Of a stretch of DNA of 64,000 nucleotides, positions 18,448 to 28,071 are shown piece by piece; the stretch's first letter is position 1; each line of letters begins with the position of its first letter. This stretch comes from Nannocystales bacterium. GTDB lineage: Bacteria; Myxococcota_A; Polyangia; Nannocystales; Nannocystaceae. A model generated the notes under the pieces. That model had not been told where the DNA came from, did not search any database, and saw only the letters and a list, made by a program, of their open reading frames with translations. The DNA is taken from positions 414,474 to 478,473 of the forward strand of contig JBOEGF010000008.1 in the NCBI GenBank assembly GCA_050633305.1, read 5' to 3'. The translations under genes were made by a program, and so were the position numbers.

Positions 18448-19553
18448 GTCGACCTCTTTCGGTCCGGAAGCCCAAGCGCCAGGCACAGGAGCAACAACCC
18501 TGGAATCAGGAAGAAGCGGAACGCCTCGTCCCGGTGGATCTCGATCTCGTCCTCGCGTTGGGACCGCGAGAGGTCCTCGAGCATGTCTCGCACTTTGTCG
18601 AGACCGAACGCCTTGGGGTCGACGCGGACGTAACGACCCCCCGTGGACGTCGCGATCTCCTCGAGCAGCGTCTCGTCCAGCCGGGTCATCACGTACTCCC
18701 CGTCGACGGTCGCAAACCCGCTGCGCTCTCCGTTGGCATCGAACGACTGAATCGGCTCTCCCGACTTCGACCCGATCCCTACGGTGTAGATCTTCACCCC
18801 GAGCTTCGCGGCCTCTGCCGCAACTTCGAGCGGGCGGGTCTCGGTGTCCTCGCCGTCGGTCAGAAGGATGATCGCCTGGTCATTCTCGGGGAGCGGAATC
18901 TCCTGAGAACTGACTTCGGCGGGGTCTGTGCCCTCGGGAGGACGTCGTGCATCCACGAGGAAGGTCAGCGCCAACGACAACGCACGGCCGATCGCGGTGC
19001 CACCGGGGTTCTCGGTCTTCGGGTCGGCGCGCTCGAGGTAGAGCTTGAGCATCCGAGAGTCCCGGGTCAGCGGGAAGCCCCGGGGGCGTCCGGCAAAGAC
19101 CACGACGCCTACCCGGTCGCCGCGCCGGTCCGCGTCCTCGAGAAACCGGGTCAGTTCCGCTTCGAGACGCTCGCTGCGGGTCGGGTAGACATCCTCGGCC
19201 AGCATCGACTTGCTGTAGTCGACCACCAACACGACATCGAGGCCCGAGGCGGGAACCACCTCAGCCGAGCCGCCATACTGAACTCGAAGAAGTCCTCCGA
19301 GCACGCAGGCGACCGCCACGGTGACCAACACCTGCGAGACCAGCCGCGCGGGATGGTTGACCGTGTCGAGCAGACGACGCAACAGCGCGGCGTTGCCCAG
19401 CTGCGCCACCGCATGGGCCCGCCGTCGCGCGGCCCAAACGAACGCACCAACGACGGCGAGGACGACGAACCCCATCGGCCAAAGGTGCTCATTGGCGGCG
19501 ATCACCTCGTCGAGGGTGCCGGCCTCTTCAGCCAAAGCCAGAAGTACGGTCAT
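18444..19553 (-). CDS. batB: BatB-like VWA domain protein
   Basis: DYSKSM MIDAS, GGTAIG, LLTDGED, YTVGIGS; ATGA overlap with batA. Confidence 0.9.
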   Translation of the reverse strand: MTVLLALAEEAGTLDEVIAANEHLWPMGFVVLAVVGAFVWAARRRAHAVAQLGNAALLRRLLDTVNHPARLVSQVLVTVAVACVLGGLLRVQYGGSAEVVPASGLDVVLVVDYSKSMLAEDVYPTRSERLEAELTRFLEDADRRGDRVGVVVFAGRPRGFPLTRDSRMLKLYLERADPKTENPGGTAIGRALSLALTFLVDARRPPEGTDPAEVSSQEIPLPENDQAIILLTDGEDTETRPLEVAAEAAKLGVKIYTVGIGSKSGEPIQSFDANGERSGFATVDGEYVMTRLDETLLEEIATSTGGRYVRVDPKAFGLDKVRDMLEDLSRSQREDEIEIHRDEAFRFFLIPGLLLLCLALGLPDRKRST

Positions 19554-20584
19554 GGGAACCTCCGCAGCCGAGTCGTCCGCAGGCCGATGTCGAGCAAGAG
19601 CAGGAAGAAAGCTGGCCACAGGAACCACTCGAAGCGCTCCGGTCGGACCACGGTCCCCTCGATCTCCGATCGCTCGAGCTTGTCGAGGAGGTCTTGGAAG
19701 CTCCCTTTGAGCTCGTCTTGGCCCACCGCGTTGTATGAGAACCCGCCGGTCACGCTCGCGATGCGCTCGAGCTGCCCGGCGTCCACGCTGCCGTCGCGAC
19801 CCTGCAGGTCCCGACCCATCAACACCGTGAACACCTTGACGCTGCGCTCCGCGGCTTCGGCTGCGATGGTGTCCGGGTCGTTGGAGCCCCAGTTGTTGAG
19901 ACCGTCGGTGAGCAGCACGACGACTTGGCTGTCGGCCTCGGATTCATCGAGACGGTTGAGGGCGACACCGAGGCCATCACCGATCGCGGTGTGGGTGCCA
20001 TCGATCATCCCGATGCGAAGTCGAGAGACCAGGGTTCGCACGACACCATGATCCATGGTCAGCGGTGCGAGCGTCGAGACCGATGAGCCGAACGCCACCA
20101 ACGAGATGCGATCCCGGGGTCGCCGCTTGATGAAGTCATCGACCACCGCTTGTGCCGCCGCGAGTCGCGTCGGCGGGATGTCCCGGGTCTCCATCGATTC
20201 GGAAAGGTCCAACACCAACACGATGTCGATGCCTTCGTGCTTGATACGGTCGTTGCCACGGGTGGACTGAGGCCGGGTGAGGCACACCACGACAAGCAGG
20301 CCTGCGGCGACGCGAAGGCCGTCTGGAAGGTGGGCCAGTCGCGCCATGAACCCACCACGCAGTCGCTTGAGCGACCGTGCGCGGGAGAACTTCATCGTGG
20401 CAGGTCGCGGCATCCAGACCTGACGCAGCCCGACCGCGAGGATCGGCAGCGGGAGGGCCCAGAACCACATCGGGTCTGCGAACACGAGGTAGCGCAGGTC
20501 TCCGCCCACGGCTGCGCCAAGGACCGCGGCCACGATGAGGACCGCGACCAAGGCATAGGCCACGATGTTGAGCACGACCCTCAT
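19550..20584 (-). CDS. batA: BatA-like VWA domain protein
   Basis: EGIDIVLVLDLSESM, TAIGDGL, LLTDG.NN, C-terminal TM ending RRFP. Confidence 0.9.
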   Translation of the reverse strand: MRVVLNIVAYALVAVLIVAAVLGAAVGGDLRYLVFADPMWFWALPLPILAVGLRQVWMPRPATMKFSRARSLKRLRGGFMARLAHLPDGLRVAAGLLVVVCLTRPQSTRGNDRIKHEGIDIVLVLDLSESMETRDIPPTRLAAAQAVVDDFIKRRPRDRISLVAFGSSVSTLAPLTMDHGVVRTLVSRLRIGMIDGTHTAIGDGLGVALNRLDESEADSQVVVLLTDGLNNWGSNDPDTIAAEAAERSVKVFTVLMGRDLQGRDGSVDAGQLERIASVTGGFSYNAVGQDELKGSFQDLLDKLERSEIEGTVVRPERFEWFLWPAFFLLLLDIGLRTTRLRRFP

Positions 20585-21654
20585 GGCCGGGCCTCCTTGT
20601 CTTCGGGTTCGGGTTCAGGCTCGGGTCCGGGTGCCAGCTCGGGTTCGGGTTCAGGCTCGGCGACCTCCTGCGGCACTGGAGCCACCTTCGCCGTGGGGGG
20701 CTCAGGCGTCCGGGTCGCAGTGGAGCGCTCGACCATGCCGCGGACCTCGCCGAGCGCAGTGCCGGCCTCGTCCTCCTCGGGAGAGAACCGGGCAAACTTG
20801 ACGAGGTCGCTGCGCTGCAAGAACTCGATGACCTCGTCCGCCGACAGCGGCGCGATCGAGTCCCCTCGGCGGATGAGGTCACGCCGAATCTCCTCGGTCG
20901 TGCGGTCGAGCGATGGGACCCCGAAACGCCCCTCGAGGTAACCCTTCGCGATCTCGGTGAGCTGGAGATAGAACGGCACCAAGTCGTCCTCCTGCATCAG
21001 CTCGCCCTGCTCGAGTTCGTCGAGGGCTGAGAGCGCCACGACATGGGGAGGAATGGGGGGTGGGGCCGGCTTGACCTTGGGTTGGCGCAGGAACCGGCGG
21101 ACCACCACCCAGCCGATGAGCGCCAACAAGATGCCCGCGAGCGTGGCGTAGATGCCGACCTCGGCGCGCTCGTTGGGGTAGGCGATCGAGACGGGGTCAT
21201 CCTCGCCCTTCCGAACGGGGTCGACCTCGTTCGCGAGCAGGGCTTCGACGACAAACGACTTGGCCGGAACCGAGACGGTTTCGATCGCTCCCGACGCGTC
21301 GACCGTGGTCAGCGCGAAGGCAGGCACCGTGGCCTCCCCGGGCTGGAAGTGCTGCAGCGTCAGGGTGAAGGTCTTGCGCAACGATGCGCCGGTCGCTTCG
21401 GGACCGGAGTCCTTCGTCTCCACCAGGTGAAGTGGAGAAAAGTCGAGCTGTGTCGGGAGGTTGACCGTGATGCCCCGAGGAAACGCAACGATCACCTCGT
21501 AGGTGAGCAGGTCTCCAACATTGGAGGGCTCGGGCGAGAGCCGGGTTTGAACGGTCACCGGGTCTTGCTGCGCCGCGGCAGGTGCCGCGCCCGCGGCGAT
21601 GGGCGGCTCTGCCGGTGCGAGCAGCAGGACGGTGAGGAGGGGCCAGAGCATCAC
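20581..21654 (-). CDS. Membrane protein of the bat operon (DUF4381-like)
   Basis: Ig-like N-domain, TM, PPHVVAL, YLEGRFG, TTEE, DLVKFA; operon position. Confidence 0.8.
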   Translation of the reverse strand: MMLWPLLTVLLLAPAEPPIAAGAAPAAAQQDPVTVQTRLSPEPSNVGDLLTYEVIVAFPRGITVNLPTQLDFSPLHLVETKDSGPEATGASLRKTFTLTLQHFQPGEATVPAFALTTVDASGAIETVSVPAKSFVVEALLANEVDPVRKGEDDPVSIAYPNERAEVGIYATLAGILLALIGWVVVRRFLRQPKVKPAPPPIPPHVVALSALDELEQGELMQEDDLVPFYLQLTEIAKGYLEGRFGVPSLDRTTEEIRRDLIRRGDSIAPLSADEVIEFLQRSDLVKFARFSPEEDEAGTALGEVRGMVERSTATRTPEPPTAKVAPVPQEVAEPEPEPELAPGPEPEPEPEDKEARP

Positions 21655-22595
21655 CGACGCATCCTCCGAGCGCGACGCTTGAAGAACGCGATGAGCGGAG
21701 ACTGCCAGTCTTCGCCGCACTGGATGCTGACCATGGGCAGCGATAGCTTCCGCATGAGGGTTTCGAACGCTTCACGCTCGGTTGCGACCTGCTCGGCAAA
21801 GCGCTGGGTGTTCCCGCGGCTGAGGTCGACGAACAAATCACCTCCCGCACCGAGCAACTCGAGGTCCTCCACGGCGAGAAGCCCGACCGGCGGCAGGGCG
21901 AGTTCGATCGGGTCCTCGACGCGGATCGGGATGATGTCGTGGCGTCGTTTCGCGACCTTGAGCGCATGCTCGAACCGCGACCGCGCCGCGACGTTGTCGT
22001 CGGTATCGTCCACGAAATCGCTGACCAAGACGGCCACCGAGTGTCCCTTGTGCAGGCGAGCCAGGTACTCGAGGGCAGCAACCGGCGATGTTCCTCGGTG
22101 CTCGGACTCGTGGGTGAGCACCCGCTGGATCACCGAGAGCACGTGCTTGCGACCACTGCGGGGAGGGACGAAGACTTCGACCTGGTCCGTGAACCCGATC
22201 AGACCGACCCGGTCGTTGTTGGCGATCGCCGAGAAGGCAAACGTCGCGGCGAGTCGCGCCACGAGGTTGCGCTTGTCGTACTCCTGGCTTCCCAGCGACA
22301 AGCTCGCGGACATGTCGACCAGCAACATGACGGTGAGCTCGCGCTCCTCGGTGAACAGCTTGATGTGTGGCTCGCCCGTCCGTGCGGTGACGTTCCAGTC
22401 GATCTTGCGGACGTCATCCCCCGGCTCATAGGCCCGAACCTCGGAGAAGGCGATGCCCTGTCCGCGGAACATGCTCTGATACGAGCCGGAGAGGTGCTCC
22501 GTCACCAGACGCGAGGTCTGAATCTCGATGCGCCGAATGTCGCGCAGAAGCGCCATCGTGCGCTCTCGCGCCACTTCTGCCTCGCTGGATGCCAT
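21651..22595 (-). CDS. DUF58 domain protein
   Basis: FRGQGIAFSEVRAYEPGDDVRKIDWNVTAR, EEREL, DMSAS, VSDF. Confidence 0.93.
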   Translation of the reverse strand: MASSEAEVARERTMALLRDIRRIEIQTSRLVTEHLSGSYQSMFRGQGIAFSEVRAYEPGDDVRKIDWNVTARTGEPHIKLFTEERELTVMLLVDMSASLSLGSQEYDKRNLVARLAATFAFSAIANNDRVGLIGFTDQVEVFVPPRSGRKHVLSVIQRVLTHESEHRGTSPVAALEYLARLHKGHSVAVLVSDFVDDTDDNVAARSRFEHALKVAKRRHDIIPIRVEDPIELALPPVGLLAVEDLELLGAGGDLFVDLSRGNTQRFAEQVATEREAFETLMRKLSLPMVSIQCGEDWQSPLIAFFKRRARRMRR

Positions 22596-22637
22596 GGAAG
22601 CGCTCCGAACCAACCCGAACCAACCCAACGCCCCGGG

Positions 22638-23642
22638 TTAGGGGACCTGTACGTGCTCGAGGATCTCTCGAGTGATCTGTTCCACCGTCTTGCCCTCCGC
22701 CTCCGCCTCGTAGCTGAGGATGATGCGGTGACGCAGAACGTCCGGTGCGATGGCCTTGACGTCCTCGGGGCTGACGTAGCCTCGGCGACGCAAGAAGGCG
22801 TGGGCTCGCGCCGCTTGAAACAGCGCAATCGAGGCGCGGGGCGAGGCGCCAAAGTCGATGAACGGCTCGAGACTGGGGAGTCCTGCTGCACCCGGAGAGC
22901 GGGTGGCCCCCACCACATCGACGATGTAGCGCCGGACCGGCTCCTCGACGATGAGCTTGTCGAGCGTCTTGCGGATCGACATCAACTCCTCGATCCCGAT
23001 CACCCCTTCGGGCTTGGGCTGCGCGATGACATCGCCCGAGCCCATCCGCTCCATGATGGTCAGCTCCTCGTCGGCCGTCGGATACTCGACCTTGATCTTG
23101 AACATGAACCGGTCGAGCTGAGCTTCGGGCAGGTTGTACGTGCCCTCCTGCTCGATCGGGTTCTGAGTCGCCAACACCAAGAATGGTTTGGGCAACGTGT
23201 AGGTGGTGTCGCCGATGGTGACGTTGCGCTCGGCCATCGCCTGCAAGAGCGCGCTCTGGACCTTGGCCGGGGCCCGGTTGATCTCATCGGCGAGCAGCAG
23301 GTTGGTGAAGACCGGCCCCTGCTTGTTGGTGAACGAGGCGGTCTGGTGGTTGTAGATGACGGTGCCCAGGACGTCCGAGGGCAACAGGTCGGGCGTGAAC
23401 TGAACCCGAGAGAACTGCAGCGACAAGCAGGTCGCCAGCGTGTTGACCGTCAGCGTCTTCGCGAGTCCCGGAGCACCCTCCAGCAGAACGTGTCCGCCAG
23501 TGAGCAGCCCCATGAACATGCGTTCGATCATGTCCGTTTGGCCGACCACCACCTTGTGGACTTCGGCGTACAGCCGGTCCAGGAAAGCGGTCTCTTTTTC
23601 CACCATCTCGTTGACGAGTCGAATGTCGTAGGCGCCTGCCAT
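22638..23642 (-). CDS. moxR: MoxR family AAA+ ATPase
   Basis: GAPGLAKT Walker A, FTPDLLPSD, DEINRAPAKVQSALL, TQNPIEQEGTY, GASPRA. Confidence 0.97.
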   Translation of the reverse strand: MAGAYDIRLVNEMVEKETAFLDRLYAEVHKVVVGQTDMIERMFMGLLTGGHVLLEGAPGLAKTLTVNTLATCLSLQFSRVQFTPDLLPSDVLGTVIYNHQTASFTNKQGPVFTNLLLADEINRAPAKVQSALLQAMAERNVTIGDTTYTLPKPFLVLATQNPIEQEGTYNLPEAQLDRFMFKIKVEYPTADEELTIMERMGSGDVIAQPKPEGVIGIEELMSIRKTLDKLIVEEPVRRYIVDVVGATRSPGAAGLPSLEPFIDFGASPRASIALFQAARAHAFLRRRGYVSPEDVKAIAPDVLRHRIILSYEAEAEGKTVEQITREILEHVQVP

Positions 23643-23812
23643 GTTGCTCCGGCTTGGGTAAGTCCGCGTCGTCCTGAGGTCAAGCGAGACCGGTCCGCCG
23701 CGCCGCGCGGCCGCCATTGAGCGGACTGCGCCGCGCAACTCCGGCTCGACGGGGATTATTCCCGGCTCCGGATCCCGGCGCAACCGCCGTTTAGACGCAG
23801 CTGTGGGGCTGT

Positions 23813-23841
23813 TTGACGGGCCTCGGGGGGTGTTTTACAAC
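23813..23841 (+). promoter_or_regulatory. sigma70-type promoter
   Basis: TTGACG-N17-TACAAC, ending 9 nt before ATG 23851. Confidence 0.6.
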
Positions 23842-23850
23842 CCCTGCGAC

Positions 23851-24438
23851 ATGAAGCAGGACAACACCGACCGCATGTTCGACCAGCGGGTCGTCCGTCG
23901 CAACATCTCGACGGGTCGGATCTCGTCCGATGACTACGGTCGATTCTTGGGCGCGCTCGAGGACGTCGGCGAGAACATCAAGCCTGCGGAAGAGGGCGGC
24001 GACAACGACGGGTACGACGAGACCCCGCCCGAAGAGCCCGCCGCCGCTGCTCCCGGCGATGCCGCGGCTGGGTTCGGAAGCCCCGCAGCTGTCCCGGGAA
24101 TCGCTCCCGCGGCGGACCCAATGGCTGCACCTGTCATGGCTGCACCCGCCGTCGCGCCTGTCGCTGCTCCCCCCGTCGCTGCTCCCCCCGTCGCTGCTGC
24201 CCCCGTCGCCGCACCGCCGGCCGCCGCACCCGTCGCCGCTCCTCCCGTCGCCGCTCCTCCCGTCGCCGCGCCTGTCGCTGCACCACCCGTTGCGGCGCCC
24301 CCGGCTGCCGCGCCTGTCACCGCAGCTCCCGTGGCGACTCCTCCCGTCGCGCCGGCTCCCGCTCCCGCACCCGCCGCCGCTCCTGTCGCGAACCCGTTCT
24401 CCGCCAACCCCGGCAACGAGCCCCCGACCGGCGACTGA
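23851..24438 (+). CDS. Hypothetical protein: short N-terminal domain plus Pro/Ala/Val repeat tail
   Basis: FDQRVVRRNISTGRIS...LEDV domain followed by (AAPPV)n. Confidence 0.8.
   Translation: MKQDNTDRMFDQRVVRRNISTGRISSDDYGRFLGALEDVGENIKPAEEGGDNDGYDETPPEEPAAAAPGDAAAGFGSPAAVPGIAPAADPMAAPVMAAPAVAPVAAPPVAAPPVAAAPVAAPPAAAPVAAPPVAAPPVAAPVAAPPVAAPPAAAPVTAAPVATPPVAPAPAPAPAAAPVANPFSANPGNEPPTGD
24120..24390 (+). repeat. Coding pentapeptide tandem repeat (AAPPV/AAAPV), about 15-nt units
   Basis: Repeated gctccccccgtcgct-like units. Confidence 0.85.
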
Positions 24439-24440
24439 TC

Positions 24441-25568
24441 GTGGTCCATCGCGGCCGCTCGAACCATCTCCGCCACCGGCTCGCCGTCGTGGCGGCGCTG
24501 GTGTTGGTTGCGACCACATCCTGCCGGCGCATCGAGGAAGACGACGCTCAACCGATCTTCATCGCCGAACGCGTCGACAACCCCAAGGAAGAGGTCAAAC
24601 CGGGCGCCCCCTCCTCGCCCCCCGCCCTCCCGCGCACCGTCGTCGTTCCAGACTTCGCCGCGGTCGCGGACGCGGTGGGCCCCTCGGTTGTCACCGTCAT
24701 TGCCACGGTCCCGCGGCAGGGCGGCGAGCGCAACAAGGTCGTTCGAGGACTGGGCAGCGGACTGCTGGTCAGTGCCTCCGGGGAGATCCTGACCAACGAG
24801 CACGTCATCGCCTCGGCGACGCGTGTGGACGTGGAGCTTTCCAACGGAGAGCGTGTCCCAGCGCGGGTCAAGGTCAGCGAACCACTCCTCGACCTCGCCC
24901 TCCTGCAACTCGAGCGCGACCTCAGCGGTCTGCAACCTGCATCGTTCGAGCCGGTCGCGGTACGACCCGGTCAGTGGGTCATGGCCGTGGGGCAACCGTT
25001 CGGCCTAGGCAATACCGTCACCGTCGGCGTCATCGGTGGACTGGGGCGCGACCACCGCGACCTGGGCCGCCCAGAAGGCTTGCTGCCCGGCGGCTACTGG
25101 AGCTTCATTCAGACCGACGCCTCGATCAACATCGGCAACAGCGGCGGCCCGCTCGTCAATGCGTCGGGACGCGTCGTGGGCATCACCACCGCCGTTCGTA
25201 GTGACGGACAAGGACTCGCGTTTGCAACACCAGCTCCAATGGCCGAGCGCTTCCTCGACGAAGCTCGCACCTTCGGACGCGTCCGCAAGACCCGGTTGGG
25301 CATCAACGCCAACGACCAAACGAACCCCGGCGCGGGTCCGGGCACCGTCGTTCAAATCACCAAGGTCGAAGCCGGTGGCCCCGGTGCACGGGCGGGCCTC
25401 GAAAAGAACGACATCATTCTCCGGATCGACGGCGACCCGGTCGCACGCGTCTCCGATGTCGCCTACATGGCGCAGCTCTCGGGGGTCGGTCGGAAGATCA
25501 AGCTGAGCATCCGCCGCGGCGACGAAGCTCCGCGCGACGTCGAGTTGATCCCCGACGAGCGTAGCTGA
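24441..25568 (+). CDS. HtrA/DegP-like serine protease with one PDZ domain, probable lipoprotein
   Basis: LTNEHV, DLALL, IQTDASINIGNSGGPL triad motifs, C-terminal PDZ. Confidence 0.93.
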   Translation: MVHRGRSNHLRHRLAVVAALVLVATTSCRRIEEDDAQPIFIAERVDNPKEEVKPGAPSSPPALPRTVVVPDFAAVADAVGPSVVTVIATVPRQGGERNKVVRGLGSGLLVSASGEILTNEHVIASATRVDVELSNGERVPARVKVSEPLLDLALLQLERDLSGLQPASFEPVAVRPGQWVMAVGQPFGLGNTVTVGVIGGLGRDHRDLGRPEGLLPGGYWSFIQTDASINIGNSGGPLVNASGRVVGITTAVRSDGQGLAFATPAPMAERFLDEARTFGRVRKTRLGINANDQTNPGAGPGTVVQITKVEAGGPGARAGLEKNDIILRIDGDPVARVSDVAYMAQLSGVGRKIKLSIRRGDEAPRDVELIPDERS

Positions 25569-25619
25569 ACCGGCGGCTCGATCGATGCCGTAAGGCGCGA
25601 GTAAGTCGACGCCACAGCG

Positions 25620-26429
25620 CGCGAGAACCCGTTCACAGCCGAACTGTAGACCACCGGGCTGTCGTCTGGCGGGACAAGATGTGGGTCGAAGACCGACTGT
25701 GGCTCTCGGGTGGTGACAGCGTCGGGGGAAGCCGAACCTGGATCTGTGGGTCTCGGACGACGGCAGCAATTGGACCGCGATGCCCACGCCCCCGTGGACC
25801 GCCCGCCACGGGGGACGCATGGTTTCGTTTCAGGGGCGGCTTCTGATGATGGGAGGGGTCGACACCGCACAGCGAGACGACATCTGGTCGTCCGAAGACG
25901 GCATGACCTGGACCCTGGAGACAGACTCCGCGCCATGGCCTGCGGCGAGCCGGTTCTCCGTCGTGGAGTTGCACGGGAGGCTTTGGTGGATCGGCCCCAG
26001 CGCAGACTCGGCCGAAGTCTGGGTCTCCGACGACGGCGCCGCGTGGTCCCAAGTCACCGATGACCGAAGACGGGGTCACATGGGAGCAGGAGGCTGAAGA
26101 CGGGTCCCCGACCACCTTCGCTCCGGTGACGCAGTTCAACGACGAACTGTGGGTCGTCGGCGGAATCCACGACGGTGCTGCGACAAACGAGGCGTTCGTT
26201 TCCAGCGACGGCATCACGTGGAGCCGATGGCGAGTCGTGGACGCCGATCGTGCATGACACCGGGTCCAGCCCTCGCGTGTACTCCAGTGCCACCGTCTTC
26301 GAGGACCAGGTTTTTGTCGTCGGAGGCAGTCTCGGCGGCCTGTTCGAGGACAAACTCTCCGACACGTGGCGCTCGACCGACCTCGGGCTGAGTTGGCGAC
26401 GCGGCCACCGCTCCGCACTGACGTTGTGA
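25620..26429 (+). pseudogene. Disrupted Kelch/BNR-type beta-propeller gene
   Basis: (L/M)W(V/L)xGG and SxDGxxW repeats spread over all three frames; no intact N-terminus. Confidence 0.75.
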
Positions 26430-26525
26430 TGGGAGCCCCCGAAAGCGGTTGGAGTCCGCTTCCTGGGCATAGCCGACCGACGAGCGCCGAAGGGGCGGGC
26501 CCGGAAGCGGTCCTCTTTCGGTGCT

Positions 26526-27446
26526 CTAGCGGCCGTCTCCGACCGCCGGGCCACGCTCGGCCCGGACCCGTTGGATTCGGGTACCGAGGAAGTCGACGAA
26601 GGCCCGGACCTTGGCATCGAGAAACTCCCGCTCGGCGTACACCAGGCTTACCCGGTCTCGCTTTCCCACGAGCTCGGGCAACACGTGAACAAGCGCGCCA
26701 GATGCGAGCGCCTCCATCGTCAGGTTTGCGGAGACGATCGAAATTCCGACGCCGACCTTCGCGGCTTCGAGCCGCAGACTCATGTCGTTGGTCGCAAACA
26801 CACCCACCACCTCCGCGACCCCTCCACCCACGAGGGGCCACCGCAGGTCCGGAACCGCGCTCGACCGATATCCCACGATACAGGCATGGTCCCCAAGGTC
26901 TTCGAGGTGCAAGGGCGTCCCGGCGCGCTCGAGGTACGCTGGGGATGCCACCGCGATCGTTGAGTCCACAGTGATGGTGCGAGCGATGAGGGACGGGTCC
27001 TCGATCTCCCCACGCCGCAGAACGACGTCGAATCCTTCGCCAACGAGGTCGACGTGCGTGCTGTTGGCCTGCAGCTCGAGCCTGACCTCCGGGTACATGC
27101 CGAGGAACTCGGCGACCCAACCTGCCATCATCGTGTGTGGTATCCCGATCGGCACCGAGACCCGAAGTAGACCGCGAGGCACGCCATCGAGTCGGCGAAC
27201 CTCAGCCGTCGCGCCTCGTGCGGCTTCGACCACCCGACGCGCTCTCGGGTAGAGCTGCTCCCCATGAGGCGTCATCGTGAGTCGGCGGGTCGTGCGGTGG
27301 AGCAGACGGACTTTGAGTCGGGCCTCGAGCTGCGCGAGCCTCCGGCTCACCGTCGGTCGGGGCAGCGCCAGCGCCTCAGCGGCCGCAGTGATGCTTCCGC
27401 CCTCGACTGCCGCCACAAACTCCTCGAAGCCCCGTGCCCCTTCCAT
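26526..27446 (-). CDS. LysR family transcriptional regulator (CrgA-like)
   Basis: GSITAAAEAL...VSRRLAQLEARL.VRLLHRTTR HTH, PRGLLRVS, VDLVGEGFD. Confidence 0.95.
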   Translation of the reverse strand: MEGARGFEEFVAAVEGGSITAAAEALALPRPTVSRRLAQLEARLKVRLLHRTTRRLTMTPHGEQLYPRARRVVEAARGATAEVRRLDGVPRGLLRVSVPIGIPHTMMAGWVAEFLGMYPEVRLELQANSTHVDLVGEGFDVVLRRGEIEDPSLIARTITVDSTIAVASPAYLERAGTPLHLEDLGDHACIVGYRSSAVPDLRWPLVGGGVAEVVGVFATNDMSLRLEAAKVGVGISIVSANLTMEALASGALVHVLPELVGKRDRVSLVYAEREFLDAKVRAFVDFLGTRIQRVRAERGPAVGDGR

Positions 27447-27507
27447 TCGTAACAAAAGCTACCATCTGACGGTCAGGATTGTCCGTTGAACCAAAAACGT
27501 TACGAAT
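27445..27507. promoter_or_regulatory. Divergent LysR/DoxX control region with inverted repeats
   Basis: ATTCGTAAC (27445-53) / GTTACGAAT (27499-507), internal CTGAC-G-GTCAG; AT-rich. Confidence 0.55.
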
Positions 27508-27513
27508 TAGGGT

Positions 27514-27933
27514 ATGGGCATGAGCAAGAAGCGAAGAGTCGCGTTCATCGCCGTGACCGGGCTGTTCATCCTCGGCGCCCTGCCCGGCGCGGTCATGAAC
27601 ATCGCCCAGCCTGCAGTCCTCGTCGAAATGAGCGCCACGCTCGGCGTGCCACTCGCCATGATGACGCTCGTCGGGGTCTGGAAGGTCTTGGGCATTGCAG
27701 CCTTGGCCACCCCCGGGGTCCCCCGCCTCAAAGAGTGGGCGTACGCGGGCTTTTTCTTCGACCTGACCGGTGCGGCCTACCTGCACGCAGCAGCGGGCGA
27801 CTACGCGGGAACGCCAGCATCCCTAGTTCTCGCAGGCGTGCTCGTCACCTCCTACCTCCTCCGGCCCGAACGTGCGAAAGGCGAAGAGCAACCGCTGGCC
27901 CCGGGGCTCAACGCGGTCGCGAGCGCGCCGTAG
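27514..27933 (+). CDS. DoxX-like membrane protein (DoxX_2 family)
   Basis: Four TMs, GVWKVLG, PRLKEWAYAGFFFDLTGA. Confidence 0.9.
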   Translation: MGMSKKRRVAFIAVTGLFILGALPGAVMNIAQPAVLVEMSATLGVPLAMMTLVGVWKVLGIAALATPGVPRLKEWAYAGFFFDLTGAAYLHAAAGDYAGTPASLVLAGVLVTSYLLRPERAKGEEQPLAPGLNAVASAP

Positions 27934-28071
27934 CGAGCTCATGCGGCGGACACGCGAGCCGGTGCTTCTGAAACGACGCGTGAAATACCGACGTAATCCC
28001 GCGAGAGGCCCGAATCTCGGGCCCTCTGGCGCCGTCCGTCGTATCTGTGTCGGCCCCTCGATACCCTCGAG

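Noticed and set aside
17770..24390. Tandem repeats at 17.8-18.0 kb and 24.1-24.4 kb as possible CRISPR or non-coding arrays
   Set aside because: In-frame coding repeats without unique spacers; no cas genes in the window
25620..26429. Programmed frameshifting as an explanation for the fragmented propeller gene
   Set aside because: No slippery heptamers, too many breaks, and sequence appears to be missing at the junctions
28004..28027. Hairpin AGAGGCCCGA/TCGGGCCCTCT between doxX and the kinase
   Set aside because: No U tract; cannot be distinguished from a chance GC-rich stem
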